A stretch of 32,000 nt of DNA from Mycolicibacterium smegmatis (GCF_001457595.1 NZ_LN831039.1:2250001-2282000), one strand, 5' to 3'; shown: positions 15,262-25,289, counted from the stretch's first letter. The notes: a model not told the origin generated them from the sequence alone. A program made the numbers and translations.

Positions 15262-15732
15262 GTGACCATCACGTCAGTTCTCGCCCCGGTGGGTGGGCGC
15301 GCAGTCGCCCTGTCCGAGATTCCCGACCCGGTGTTCTCCGCGGGCATGGTGGGCCACGGCGCCGCGGTGGATCCACCGCACGAGGTGGTGCAGGCCGTGG
15401 CGCCGGTGAGCGGGAAACTGCTCAAGCTCATGCCGCACGCCTATGTGGTGATGACCGCGGACAACGTGGGAGTGCTGGTCCACCTGGGCATCGACACCGT
15501 GCAACTGAGCGGCGAGGGGTTCACCACCCACGTCGCCCAGGGCGACACCGTGACCGCAGGGCAACTCGTGATCACCTACGACGTCGCGGCGGTCGTGGCC
15601 AAGGGCCTCAATCCCATTGTCCCGGTGGTGATCATGGACGAGCGCGAACCGGGAAACATCACCGCGTCCGAAGCGGTGCGCACAGGCGCCGACATCGCCA
15701 CGGGCGCTGAACTTTTCACCGCCGCCAAGTAA
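15262..15732 (+). CDS. crr: PTS EIIA (glucose family, Crr-like)
   Basis: The GTG at 15262 has AAAGGAG upstream. EIIA-Glc motifs are present: [21 protein letters not shown] and [11 protein letters not shown] (active-site His region). Confidence 0.9.
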   Translation: MTITSVLAPVGGRAVALSEIPDPVFSAGMVGHGAAVDPPHEVVQAVAPVSGKLLKLMPHAYVVMTADNVGVLVHLGIDTVQLSGEGFTTHVAQGDTVTAGQLVITYDVAAVVAKGLNPIVPVVIMDEREPGNITASEAVRTGADIATGAELFTAAK

Positions 15733-15753
15733 CCGACCAACCGACCGGATCAC

Positions 15754-16539
15754 ATGGAAGTCATCATCCTGCCCGACCCCGGACGCATCGGCAGCCTTGC
15801 GGCCGATGCCATCACCGCGTTGATCACGCGCAAACCCGACGCCGTGCTCGGCCTGGCGACCGGAAGTTCCCCGCTTGCCGTCTACGACGAACTGGTGTCC
15901 CGGTACGAAGCCGGGCAGATCTCGTTCCGGCAGGCCAGGGGATTCACCCTCGACGAGTACGTCGGCCTGCCCGCCGACCACCCCGAGCGCTACCGCAACG
16001 TCATCGACACGGCATTCGCCGCGCGGGTCGACTTCGCGCCGGGCGCGGTACAGGGTCCCGACGGACTCGCCGACGACATCCCCGCGGCCTGCGCGGCGTA
16101 CGAGGCCGCGATCCGCGACGCCGGCGGCGTCGACCTGCAGATCCTCGGCATCGGCACCGACGGGCACATCGCATTCAACGAGCCCGGCTCCTCACTCGCG
16201 TCGCGCACCCGCATCAAGACGCTGACCCGCCAGACCCGCGTCGACAACGCCAGGTTCTTCGGCGGCGACCTCGACCAGGTGCCCACCCACTGCCTCACCC
16301 AGGGCCTCGGCACCATCATGGAGGCCAGGCATCTGATCCTGATCGCGATGGGCCGCAGCAAGGCCGAGGCCGTGCACCACCTGGTGGAGGGTGCGGTGAG
16401 CGCCATGTGGCCGGCGACCGTGCTGCAGATGCACCCCCACGTGACCGTGTTGCTCGACGACGCTGCGGCACAACGCCTGCAACTCGTGGACTACTACCGC
16501 GAGACCTACCGCGCCAAACCGGCCTGGCAGGGCATCTGA
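15754..16539 (+). CDS. nagB: Glucosamine-6-phosphate deaminase
   Basis: Motifs LGLATGSSP, FTLDEYVGL and ILGIGTDGHIAFNEPGSS. Confidence 0.95.
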   Translation: MEVIILPDPGRIGSLAADAITALITRKPDAVLGLATGSSPLAVYDELVSRYEAGQISFRQARGFTLDEYVGLPADHPERYRNVIDTAFAARVDFAPGAVQGPDGLADDIPAACAAYEAAIRDAGGVDLQILGIGTDGHIAFNEPGSSLASRTRIKTLTRQTRVDNARFFGGDLDQVPTHCLTQGLGTIMEARHLILIAMGRSKAEAVHHLVEGAVSAMWPATVLQMHPHVTVLLDDAAAQRLQLVDYYRETYRAKPAWQGI

Positions 16540-16540
16540 C

Positions 16541-17698
16541 ATGCTGCTGACCGCCGACACCGTGCTCACCGGCACCGAACTGCTGCGGCCCGGCTGGCTG
16601 GAGATCGCCTCTGACCGCGTGGTCGCGGTGGGTGCCGGAGCCCCGCCCGCGCAGGCCGATCGGAACCTCGGCGCGGCCACCGTGGTCCCCGGCTTCGTCG
16701 ACACCCACCTGCACGGCGGGGGTGGCGGCAACTTCTCCGCCGCCACCGACGACGAGACCGCCAGGGCGGTCGCGCTGCACCGCGCCCACGGCAGCACCAC
16801 GCTGGTGGCCTCCCTGGTCACGGCCGGGCCCGAGGACCTGCTGCGCCAGGTCTCCGGTCTGGCACGGCAGGTGCGCGCCGGACTGATCGACGGTATCCAT
16901 CTCGAGGGTCCGTGGTTGTCGACCCTGCGGTGCGGCGCCCACCAGCCGGTCCTGATGCGCGACCCCGACCCGGGCGAGATCGGCCGGGTGCTCGACGCGG
17001 GCGAGGGGACCGTCCGCATGGTCACCATCGCGCCGGAGCGCGACGGCGCACTCGCGGCCATCGCGCAGCTCGTAAATGCCGGGGTGGTCGCCGCGGTCGG
17101 GCACACCGAGGCGACGTATGACCAGACGCGGGCCGCGATCGACGCGGGCGCCACGGTGGGCACGCATCTGTTCAACGCGATGCGCCCGATCGACCGCCGC
17201 GAACCCGGGCCTGCCGTCGCGCTGACCGAGGATTCACGGGTCACCGTCGAGATGATCGTCGACGGGGTACACGTGGCGCCCGCGATCTATCGCCACATCA
17301 CACAGACCGTTGGGCCGGAACGGCTTTCGCTGATCACCGATGCGATGGCCGCCACCGGGATGTCTGACGGTGTGTACCGCCTCGGACCGCTCGACATCGA
17401 CGTCGTGGCGGGTGTGGCGCGCGTGGCAGGTACCGACACCATCGCCGGGAGCACCGCGACCATGGAGCAGGTGTTCCGCCTCGCGGTGGCGCACTGCGGT
17501 TTGCCCCGCGACGACGCACTGTCGCTCGCCGTCCGCCAGGCGTGTGTCAACCCGGCTCGCGCGCTCGGACTGCCCGCGGCGGGGTTGGCCGCAGGTGCCC
17601 GCGCCGACCTCGTGGTGCTCGATCACGACCTCGCTGTCACGGCCGTGATGCGGGCAGGGGAGTGGGTCGTGACCCCCGGCGCGGCGCACACGGTGTGA
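16541..17698 (+). CDS. nagA: N-acetylglucosamine-6-phosphate deacetylase
   Basis: Motifs PGFVDTHLHGGGG, HLEGPWLS, GHTEATY, THLFNAM and DGVHV. The start is 1 nt after the nagB stop. Confidence 0.95.
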   Translation: MLLTADTVLTGTELLRPGWLEIASDRVVAVGAGAPPAQADRNLGAATVVPGFVDTHLHGGGGGNFSAATDDETARAVALHRAHGSTTLVASLVTAGPEDLLRQVSGLARQVRAGLIDGIHLEGPWLSTLRCGAHQPVLMRDPDPGEIGRVLDAGEGTVRMVTIAPERDGALAAIAQLVNAGVVAAVGHTEATYDQTRAAIDAGATVGTHLFNAMRPIDRREPGPAVALTEDSRVTVEMIVDGVHVAPAIYRHITQTVGPERLSLITDAMAATGMSDGVYRLGPLDIDVVAGVARVAGTDTIAGSTATMEQVFRLAVAHCGLPRDDALSLAVRQACVNPARALGLPAAGLAAGARADLVVLDHDLAVTAVMRAGEWVVTPGAAHTV

Positions 17699-17766
17699 CC
17701 GCAAGTTGAATCCAAGCCTCGCAGAAGAACTTTCCCGTTCAAGCACTCACCGAACCGGGCGCGCGG

Positions 17767-17782
17767 AACCGCCGCGGCGGTT
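17767..17782 (+). terminator. Perfect 16-bp palindrome AACCGCCGCGGCGGTT followed by ATCTTC, downstream of nagA
   Basis: Read directly. It lies about 70 nt after the nagA stop (17696-17698). The stem is GC-rich and the T-tract is imperfect. Confidence 0.5.
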
Positions 17783-17837
17783 ATCTTCAGCAGCGTAAAG
17801 TCGGCGCGTCGACGCGGGGAGCGCTTGGGGGTGGTCG

Positions 17838-20456
17838 ATGTCGGGCTGGCCGTTCGTCGGGCGGGATGACGAGCTCCGTGAGGCGGCAGAAGCCTTGCGG
17901 GACAGTTCACGTGGCGTCGTGCTGGCGGGGCCCTCCGGCGTCGGCAAGACCGCACTGGCGCGAGCGCTGGCCGGTCAGCTCGAAACCGAGGGATACACGA
18001 TCCGTTACGTGCTGGGCACCGAGACCGGCCAGGCCGTGCCGTTCGGCGCGTTCCACCACACGCTGGAGTTGTCCGACGCGCACGAGCCCACCGTGATGCT
18101 GGCCGCCGCGCACCACACCCTGTCCGCCGACCCGAATGTCCTCATCGTCGTCGACGACGCACAGTACCTGGACCCGCTCTCCGCGCTGCTGGTGCAGCAG
18201 CTCGCGGTGCACGGATCCATCAAGCTGATCGTGACCATGCGTTCAGGTGCCACGACGTCCGACGCGGTGACGGCCCTGTGGAAAGAACACCTGCTGGTGC
18301 GCCTGGACGTGGAGCCGTTCAGCCGCGCACAGACCTCCGAGGTGGCATCGACGGTGCTGGGCGGCGAGGTCGACGAACACGCGGTCGCCGAGTTGCATCG
18401 CTACTCGTCGGGCAGCCCGATGTTCCTGCGTGGCGTACTCACGGCCGCGATGGGCGACGGGGTGTTGGTGCAGGCCCACGGCAGGTGGCGCCTGCGCGGC
18501 AACCTGCGTCCCAGTCCCGACCTCTACGAGCTGATCGCGTCGCGGGTACAGACCTTCAGCGCAGAAGAACTCGATGTCGCGGAGGTGGTCGCGACCGCCG
18601 ACATGCTCGATTGGCATGTGCTGCTGGCGATCTGCGGACCGGATGCGGTCGCGCGTGCCGAGCGCCGCGGCGCGATCCAGGTGACCAGCGCCGGCAGTCA
18701 TGCCGTGGTGCAGCCCGGACACCCCATCATCGGTGAGGTGGTGCGGTCACGATGTCCGGTGTCGCGGACCCGACAGATCAACACCCTGGTGGCAGAACAT
18801 CTCTCGGCGCAACTGCGGGTCGCCACCGACGCGTCGGCGGTGGATGTGCGGACCCGGATCCAGCTGGCACGCTTCATGACCCGCGCCGAATCGCCCCCGG
18901 ACACCGACCTCGTCACCGAGGCCGCGGCGAGCGCGGTGACCATGTCCGATCTGGTTCTCGGCGAACAACTTGCGCGCTTCGCCGTCGAGCACGGCGCCGG
19001 GGTGAACGCGGCGCTGGTGCTCGCCGACGCGATCAGCTGGCAGGGGCGCGGCGACGAGGCCGACGCGCTGCTGGCACGATTCCCGCCCGACGGTGAGGAC
19101 GACCTGACCGTCACCCGCTGGGGGTGCCAGCGTGCGGCCAACCTGTTCTTCGTGTGCGGGCGCCCGGAACCCGCGTGGGAGGTGCTCGCGAAGACCCGAG
19201 ACGCGGTGGGCTCGGAAAAACTCGCGGGATTCGTGACCGCCATGGAGGTCGCGTTCACCTACTTCTCGGCCGACATGGCCGGTGCCGCGGCCGCCGGGTC
19301 CGCCGCGCTGGCGACCGAGATGATGCCCGCGGCTACGGTGTGGGTCGCGTTGGCCACCGCGGGCGCACTGGCCAAGTCCGGCCGGTTCAGCGAGGTCGCT
19401 GCCGTGGTGCGGACCGGCGAGCGCGCGGCGAGCCGCTGCGAGTCAGGCCCGCACCGCTACTCGCTGCCGCTCGCGGAGGTGCTCGCGGGCACGCTGGCCG
19501 GCGAGTTCGACGACGCCCAGCGGGCCTGCGACCGGTATGCCGCGGCCAGCTCGGGCATACCGCAGGCCGACGTCATGGTGACGGCCCTGGCGGGGCGGAT
19601 GAAGCTGGCCCGGGGCCAACTCGAGGACGCCTGTGAACTGCTGCAGGCGGCCGTGTGGTCGATGGCCGCGAAGCTGCCGCCCGGGTGGCCGATGCTGGTT
19701 GCGTCGTGGCTGGCGCAGGCCGAGGGAGCCCGCGGCAACGCCGAGGCCGCGGACGTCGCACTTACCAAGGCCGAGGCCGAAGTCGGGCCCCAGGTCGAGG
19801 TGTTCGCACCCGAGCTCGAACTGGCACGCGCGTGGCGGGCCGCCGCGGCCGGTGAGACGTCACGAGCCCAGCACCATGCGGTGCTCGCGGCGCAGAACGC
19901 TCACGCCGCGGGAATGACCGCCGTCGAACTGACGGCCCTGCACACCTCGACGCGGTTCGGGGACCGCACCGTCGACGCCCGGATACAGCAGCTGGCCACC
20001 GAACTCGACTGCCCACTGGGTGAGGCGATCGCGCTGCACAGCTCCGGGCTGGCGGGCCATGACGGCCACCGGCTCGTCACCGCCGCCGACCGCTTCGAAC
20101 GCATCGGTGCGATGGTGCTGGCGGGCGACGCCGCCGCGCACGCGTCGCGGGAATTCGGCCGGCGGGGCGAGCGCGGCAACGAGCTGGAGGCCTCCACGCG
20201 GGCGCACTGGCTCGCGAGCCGGTGTGGGGCCGTCACGCCCGCGTTGCGGTGCGCCGCGGATCCCCTGCCGCTGACACCGCGCGAGTGGGAGATCGCCAAC
20301 CTGGTGAGCAGCGGGTTGAGCAATCGCCAGGTCGCCGACAGGCTGTGTCTGTCGGTGCGCACGGTGGACGGCCACCTGTACCGGATGTTCGCCAAACTCG
20401 GTGTGGCAGACCGTGATCAGCTGGCCAAGCTGATCCGGTTCCGGCCCGCGACCTGA
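17838..20456 (+). CDS. Large ATP-binding LuxR-family regulator (LAL/MalT-like: N-terminal P-loop NTPase, helical repeat middle, C-terminal LuxR HTH)
   Basis: Walker A GPSGVGKTALARAL, Walker B LIVVDDAQYLD, and C-terminal LTPREWEIANLVSSGLSNRQVADRLCLSVRTVDGHLYRMFAKLGV. Confidence 0.9.
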   Translation: MSGWPFVGRDDELREAAEALRDSSRGVVLAGPSGVGKTALARALAGQLETEGYTIRYVLGTETGQAVPFGAFHHTLELSDAHEPTVMLAAAHHTLSADPNVLIVVDDAQYLDPLSALLVQQLAVHGSIKLIVTMRSGATTSDAVTALWKEHLLVRLDVEPFSRAQTSEVASTVLGGEVDEHAVAELHRYSSGSPMFLRGVLTAAMGDGVLVQAHGRWRLRGNLRPSPDLYELIASRVQTFSAEELDVAEVVATADMLDWHVLLAICGPDAVARAERRGAIQVTSAGSHAVVQPGHPIIGEVVRSRCPVSRTRQINTLVAEHLSAQLRVATDASAVDVRTRIQLARFMTRAESPPDTDLVTEAAASAVTMSDLVLGEQLARFAVEHGAGVNAALVLADAISWQGRGDEADALLARFPPDGEDDLTVTRWGCQRAANLFFVCGRPEPAWEVLAKTRDAVGSEKLAGFVTAMEVAFTYFSADMAGAAAAGSAALATEMMPAATVWVALATAGALAKSGRFSEVAAVVRTGERAASRCESGPHRYSLPLAEVLAGTLAGEFDDAQRACDRYAAASSGIPQADVMVTALAGRMKLARGQLEDACELLQAAVWSMAAKLPPGWPMLVASWLAQAEGARGNAEAADVALTKAEAEVGPQVEVFAPELELARAWRAAAAGETSRAQHHAVLAAQNAHAAGMTAVELTALHTSTRFGDRTVDARIQQLATELDCPLGEAIALHSSGLAGHDGHRLVTAADRFERIGAMVLAGDAAAHASREFGRRGERGNELEASTRAHWLASRCGAVTPALRCAADPLPLTPREWEIANLVSSGLSNRQVADRLCLSVRTVDGHLYRMFAKLGVADRDQLAKLIRFRPAT

Positions 20457-22883
20457 TCAGCCGAGCAGGTCACGCACCTCGGCGGGACCGGCGGCGGCCA
20501 GTGCCGCCCCCGCGGTCTCGGTGGCGCGCCGGTCGTCGACCGCGCGCACGGCCTCCTTGGTCGTCGGGATCGCCGGCGGCGTGACACTCAACGCGTCGAC
20601 ACCGAGGCCGATCAGCAACGGCACCGCGCGTGCATCGGCCGCGAACTCACCGCACACCGACACCGACGCCGCACCCGCGGCGCCGCGGCATGTCGCGGCG
20701 ATCAGGTGCAGCAACCCGGGATCGAACGTGTCGCCGATACCGGCCACGGCGTCGTTGTTGCGGTCCGCCGCCAGCGCGTACTGCGTCAGATCGTTGGTGC
20801 CGATGGACAGGAAGTCCACGTGGCGGGAGAACGCCGCCGATTTCAGTGCCGCGGCAGGGACTTCGACCATCATGCCGACCTGCAGGCCTGCCGGAGGTCG
20901 CGGGCCGGCCCGGCGCACCGCGTCGTCGAGCAGGCGGCGCGCGGCGAACAGTTCGTCGAGCGTGGTGATCATCGGGAACATCACGCGCAGCGGAATGTCC
21001 TGTGCGAGTTTGGCCATCGCGAGCAACTGGTCGGAGAACACGTCGGGGTGGGCGAGCGACAACCGGATGCCGCGCACCCCGAGGTATGGGTTGAGTTCGG
21101 CGGCGGCGGGGAGGAACTCCAGTGGTTTGTCACCGCCCACGTCGAGCGTGCGCAGCGTCATGCGGCGGTCCCCGAGCGACTCGGCGATCTTGCGGTACAC
21201 CGCGAGTTGTTCATCGACGTCGGGAGCCTGCCTACGGCCGAGGAACAGGAACTCGGTGCGGATCAGACCCGCGTGATCGGCACCGAGTGCGGCTGCCGCG
21301 CGCGCGTCCTCGACACCGGCGATGTTGGCGCCCACCGCGACGGTGCGGCCCCCTCGTGTGACCGCGGGCTCCCCGGCGCGCTGCAGCGCGGCCTGGCGTC
21401 GCCGCGTGAGGGTCTCGGCCTCGTGCCGGAACTGCTCGCGGACGTCGGCGGGCGGGTCCACGATGAACTCGCCGCGGGTCGCGTCCACGGCGACGACCGT
21501 GCCGTCGGGGATGCCGAGCACACCGGGGCCCGCGCCGACGATCACCGGTATTCCCTTGGCCCGCAGCAGGATCACGTTGTGCGCATGTGGGCTGCCGAAC
21601 GCCAGGAGCACCGCGACCACGCGCTGCGGATCGAGTTCGGCGGCCTCGGCCGGGGTGAGGTCACCGGCCACCAGCACACCGCTGGCCGCCGCCGCGTCGC
21701 CCTCGGTGCCGAGCATGGCCCGCAACACCTGGTCACCGACCGCACGGACATCCTCGGCACGGGCCTGCAGATACGGATCCGGCAGCGCGTCGAACTCCGC
21801 GGCCAGCGTGGCCACGGCTTGCGACCATGCGGCGGCGGCGTTTTCGCCCTGCTCGATGCGCGCACGTGCGGCGCCCAGCAGCGCGTCGTCGTCGAGCAGC
21901 AGTTGATGTGCGTCGAAGATCGACGCCTCGGCTTCACCTATGTCGCGGCTCGTCGCGGCCCGGAGTGCGCCGATGGTGCGGCGGGTGTCGGCGATCGCCG
22001 TGCCCAGTCGGCGCCACTCGGCAGCGGGGTCGGCCGCGGGGGCGTCCGGCACGTCGGGGGTCTGTGACCGTGCCGAATATGCCGGGCCGACACCCATTCC
22101 GGGGCCCGCGCCGATCGGGGTGTGCGCCGTTGCCGGTGCCGCAGGTGGTGCCTCGGTGTGGTCCTCGTCGAAATTGCGGGCCGCCAGGGAAAGGAGGTGC
22201 TGCAGGGTCTCGTGGGCCTGGCCGCCCGACACCCGCAGTTCGACCTCGTCGCCGCATCGCACCGCGAGGGTCGCGATGCGCGAGAGGCTGCCGCCGTCGA
22301 CCCAGGGGGAGTCGACGCGGGGGTTACGGATCCGCACCCGCGCGTCGCGGCGGCGGACCTCGGCGACGAACCGTGCGGCGGGACGGGCGTGCAGGCCATG
22401 CGGGTTGTTGACGACGAAGCTGCCGGTCAACTCGTCGGGCTCGGCGGTGTCGTCGGCCGGCGCCGGGGGTGTCGCCGGTTCGAGATGGGCGGCCTTGCCT
22501 GCCAACGCGCCTGCCGCCTCGGCGGCCACCTCGTCGAGCGCCGCGTCGCCCGCCGCCGCGACCGCCGCCACCACCAGTCCCTCGACCAGGGGCGCCGGGC
22601 ACAGCACGGTCCTGGCACGGACGTCGTCGTCGAGCAACTCCAGGGCGAGTTCGGCCGAAAGCACCGCGCTGCCCAGGTCCATCAACACCAGCACCCCGTC
22701 GCCGCTGTCGGCGGAGGTGATGGCCTCGAGGATCGCCGACGCGTCGGTGCCCAGCGTGGTGTCGTCGAGGCCGGCCGCGATCGAGATCCGGACGGCCTTG
22801 CCGTGCAACATCTCCTGCGCGAGTCCGACCGCCGCGCGTGCCAGGGGGCGGCTGTGGGAGACGACGACGATGCCGACCGTCAT
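20457..22883 (-). CDS. dhaM: Multiphosphoryl transfer protein: DhaM (EIIA-Man-like) + HPr + Enzyme I fusion
   Basis: The ATG at 22883 overlaps the dhaL stop (ATGA). The N-terminus MTVGIVVVSHSRPLA is the DhaM/EIIA-Man His region. GLHARPAARFV is the HPr His motif. Enzyme I motifs are GLIRTEFLFL, LRTLDVGGDK, NPYLGVRGIRL, SIGTNDLTQYALAADR and VCGEFAAD. The track ORF to 23327 is an upstream in-frame extension through dhaL. Confidence 0.9.
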   Translation of the reverse strand: MTVGIVVVSHSRPLARAAVGLAQEMLHGKAVRISIAAGLDDTTLGTDASAILEAITSADSGDGVLVLMDLGSAVLSAELALELLDDDVRARTVLCPAPLVEGLVVAAVAAAGDAALDEVAAEAAGALAGKAAHLEPATPPAPADDTAEPDELTGSFVVNNPHGLHARPAARFVAEVRRRDARVRIRNPRVDSPWVDGGSLSRIATLAVRCGDEVELRVSGGQAHETLQHLLSLAARNFDEDHTEAPPAAPATAHTPIGAGPGMGVGPAYSARSQTPDVPDAPAADPAAEWRRLGTAIADTRRTIGALRAATSRDIGEAEASIFDAHQLLLDDDALLGAARARIEQGENAAAAWSQAVATLAAEFDALPDPYLQARAEDVRAVGDQVLRAMLGTEGDAAAASGVLVAGDLTPAEAAELDPQRVVAVLLAFGSPHAHNVILLRAKGIPVIVGAGPGVLGIPDGTVVAVDATRGEFIVDPPADVREQFRHEAETLTRRRQAALQRAGEPAVTRGGRTVAVGANIAGVEDARAAAALGADHAGLIRTEFLFLGRRQAPDVDEQLAVYRKIAESLGDRRMTLRTLDVGGDKPLEFLPAAAELNPYLGVRGIRLSLAHPDVFSDQLLAMAKLAQDIPLRVMFPMITTLDELFAARRLLDDAVRRAGPRPPAGLQVGMMVEVPAAALKSAAFSRHVDFLSIGTNDLTQYALAADRNNDAVAGIGDTFDPGLLHLIAATCRGAAGAASVSVCGEFAADARAVPLLIGLGVDALSVTPPAIPTTKEAVRAVDDRRATETAGAALAAAGPAEVRDLLG

Positions 22884-23512
22884 GAAGTGCTCCCCGCCGC
22901 GGTGGCCGCGGCCGCGATCAGCATGGCCGCCGACGTGGCACCGGGATCGATGTGCCCCACGCTGCGCTGACCCAGGTAACTGGCCCGGCCCTTGCGCGCG
23001 ATCATGGATTCGGTGGCGTCGCGGCCCTTCTCGGCGGCGGTGGCGGCGGCCGCCAGGGCGCCCGGCAGATCGGTGTCGCCTTCGAGCGCGGCGTCCAGGG
23101 CGTCGAGCGCGGGGGCCAGCGCGTCGAACATCGTCTTGTCGTTGGCCTCGGCGCGTCCGCGCTGGACGACACCGTCCACGCCGGCGCGCAGCGCCTTGGC
23201 GAAATCGCTTGCACTGACGGTGTCGTCGGTCCCGAGCGCCGGGGCCATCCGCAGGAAGAACGTGCCGTACAGCGGCCCGCTGGCGCCGCCGACCGATTTC
23301 ACGAGCGTCATCCCCACCTGTTTGCACAGGCCCGCCATGTCGGCCGGTGGGGCCTCGTCGATCTGTGTGACCACCGCGGACATCCCACGCTGCATGTTGA
23401 TGCCGTGGTCGGCGTCACCGATCGCGGCGTCGAGATCCGTGAGGTGCTGGGCATTTTCGTCGATCAGCCGGGCGTACTCGCGCAGCCAGGCGGTCAGTGT
23501 CGACAGGTCCAT
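22880..23512 (-). CDS. dhaL: Dihydroxyacetone kinase, ADP-binding subunit L
   Basis: The sequence LTDLDAAIGDADHGINMQRG and the overall DhaL pattern. It sits between dhaK and dhaM. Confidence 0.95.
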   Translation of the reverse strand: MDLSTLTAWLREYARLIDENAQHLTDLDAAIGDADHGINMQRGMSAVVTQIDEAPPADMAGLCKQVGMTLVKSVGGASGPLYGTFFLRMAPALGTDDTVSASDFAKALRAGVDGVVQRGRAEANDKTMFDALAPALDALDAALEGDTDLPGALAAAATAAEKGRDATESMIARKGRASYLGQRSVGHIDPGATSAAMLIAAAATAAGSTS

Positions 23513-23513
23513 C

Positions 23514-24512
23514 TCAGCATCCCCTCCGCAGTGCCGGGGTGTTGACCGGGTGATCCCACAGTTGCAGCAGATCGTCGTCGGCCTTGAGGATGGTCACCGA
23601 ACAGCCCGCCATGTCCAGGCTCGTGATGTAGGGCCCGACGAGTGAGCGCGCGACGCGGATGCCCGCCTTGTCGAGGATGGCGGCGAATTCGGCGTACATG
23701 ACGTACAACTCGATGAGCGGGGTGGCGCCCATGCTGTTGACGAACAGGATCACCCCGTCGCCGCCGGTGAAGTCGAGGTCGGACAGCACCGGTTCGGCCA
23801 TGAGTTCGGCAACGGCCTTGGCCGGTTGCAACGGCACGCGGTCGCGCCCGGGTTCGCCGTGGATGCCTATACCGACCTCGATCTCGTCGTCGGGAAGGTC
23901 GAAGGTGGGGTGGCCCACGGCGGGCACGGTGCACGAGGTGAGGGCGACGCCCATGCTGCGGGAAGCGGCGTTCACCCGGCGTGCCACGTCGGCGACCTCG
24001 GTCACCGACCGGCCCTGTTCGGCTGCGGCCCCGGCGATCTTCTCCACGAGCACGGTCGCGCCGACCCCGCGGCGGCCCGCGGTGAACGTGCTGTCGCACA
24101 CCGCGACGTCGTCGTCGACCAGCACCGATTCGACGGTGATGCCCTCTGCGGCAGCGAGTTCCGCGGCCATCTCGAAGTTCATCACGTCACCGGTGTAGTT
24201 CTTCACGATGTGCACCACACCGGCGCCGCTGTCGACGTTCTTGGTGGCTTCGAGCATCTGGTCGGGGACCGGGGACGTGAACACCTCACCGGCGCAGGCC
24301 GCGTCGAGCATGCCCGCGCCCACGAAGCCGCCGTGCAGCGGTTCGTGACCCGAACCGCCACCCGAGATCAACCCGACCTTGCCTGCCACGGGCGCGTCGC
24401 CGCGGTAGATGATCCGGTTGGTGTGGTCGATGCGCAGTTCCGGGTGGGCAAATGCCATGCCGCGCAGGGCATCGGCGATCACATCGGCGGGATCGTTGAT
24501 GAGCTTTTTCAT
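23514..24512 (-). CDS. dhaK: Dihydroxyacetone kinase, DHA-binding subunit K
   Basis: The N-terminus MKKLINDPADVIADALRGMA... and the GLISGGGSGHEPLHGGFVG motif. Confidence 0.95.
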   Translation of the reverse strand: MKKLINDPADVIADALRGMAFAHPELRIDHTNRIIYRGDAPVAGKVGLISGGGSGHEPLHGGFVGAGMLDAACAGEVFTSPVPDQMLEATKNVDSGAGVVHIVKNYTGDVMNFEMAAELAAAEGITVESVLVDDDVAVCDSTFTAGRRGVGATVLVEKIAGAAAEQGRSVTEVADVARRVNAASRSMGVALTSCTVPAVGHPTFDLPDDEIEVGIGIHGEPGRDRVPLQPAKAVAELMAEPVLSDLDFTGGDGVILFVNSMGATPLIELYVMYAEFAAILDKAGIRVARSLVGPYITSLDMAGCSVTILKADDDLLQLWDHPVNTPALRRGC

Positions 24513-24521
24513 GTGCCTTCC

Positions 24522-25289
24522 TCAGTTGGTCGCACTCGACATGGGCGGGGCGGAGACAGGGGCGGGGTTGCCGGCGGGGAGCGTGCGGGTGCGGGAGACC
24601 GCGACGAAGGCCAGCGCCGCGACCACACCCGCGAAGAGTTCGGCGGCCAGATAGACCGGTAGCTGACTCCACGTCACGGTGCCGCCGGCGATCTGCTGGA
24701 CCAGCATGGGACCGAAGGTGCGGGCGGGGTTGATCGAGGCGCCCGTGGTGGGCGCCACTGGGATGATCGCCGCGAACACCACGAGGCCGATGGCCACGCC
24801 GGCGAATCCTGCGGCGGCCCTGCGGTGTATCACTCCGAAAACGGTGAACACAAGAATGAACGTACCCACGAACTCTGCGAAAAAGGCTTGGATGGCCGTG
24901 ACATCTGCGGTGTAGGTCGCGATGCCCAGACCCGCGTCGCGGGCCGCCGTACCGAGCACGCCGAGAATGGCGCTGGCGCCGATGATCGCGCCGAGCACCT
25001 GCGCGGCGATGTAGGCAGGCACGCGCGACCACGGGAACTGGCCGGTCACGGCGAGCCCGACGGTGACCGCGGGGTTGATGTGATTGCCCGAGATGTGGCC
25101 CAGGGCGTACACGGTGGCCACGACCACCGTCGCGAATGCCAGGGAGATCATGCCCAGGTCGGCCATCGTGAAGGGGGCATCTCCGTTGACGATGATGGTC
25201 GCGGGGACGGCGCCCACCCCGACGAACACCAAGAAGGCCGTGCCGATCACCTCGGCGGCCAGTTTCTGGATCAATGACGGCTCGTCCAT
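24522..25289 (-). CDS. glpF: MIP-family channel (glycerol/DHA facilitator, GlpF-like)
   Basis: Two NPA boxes are present (HISGNHINPAVTVG and GASINPARTFGP). The ATG at 25289 has GGGAGGA upstream and is preferred to the track start at 25307. Confidence 0.9.
   Translation of the reverse strand: MDEPSLIQKLAAEVIGTAFLVFVGVGAVPATIIVNGDAPFTMADLGMISLAFATVVVATVYALGHISGNHINPAVTVGLAVTGQFPWSRVPAYIAAQVLGAIIGASAILGVLGTAARDAGLGIATYTADVTAIQAFFAEFVGTFILVFTVFGVIHRRAAAGFAGVAIGLVVFAAIIPVAPTTGASINPARTFGPMLVQQIAGGTVTWSQLPVYLAAELFAGVVAALAFVAVSRTRTLPAGNPAPVSAPPMSSATN

Noticed and set aside
13511-17244. Antisense ORFs over the PTS and nag genes (13511-14668, 13648-14304, 15274-16167, 16192-17244, 16316-17167)
   Set aside because: They are R/G/H/P-rich shadow frames. 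The annotated strands carry diagnostic PTS, NagB and NagA motifs.
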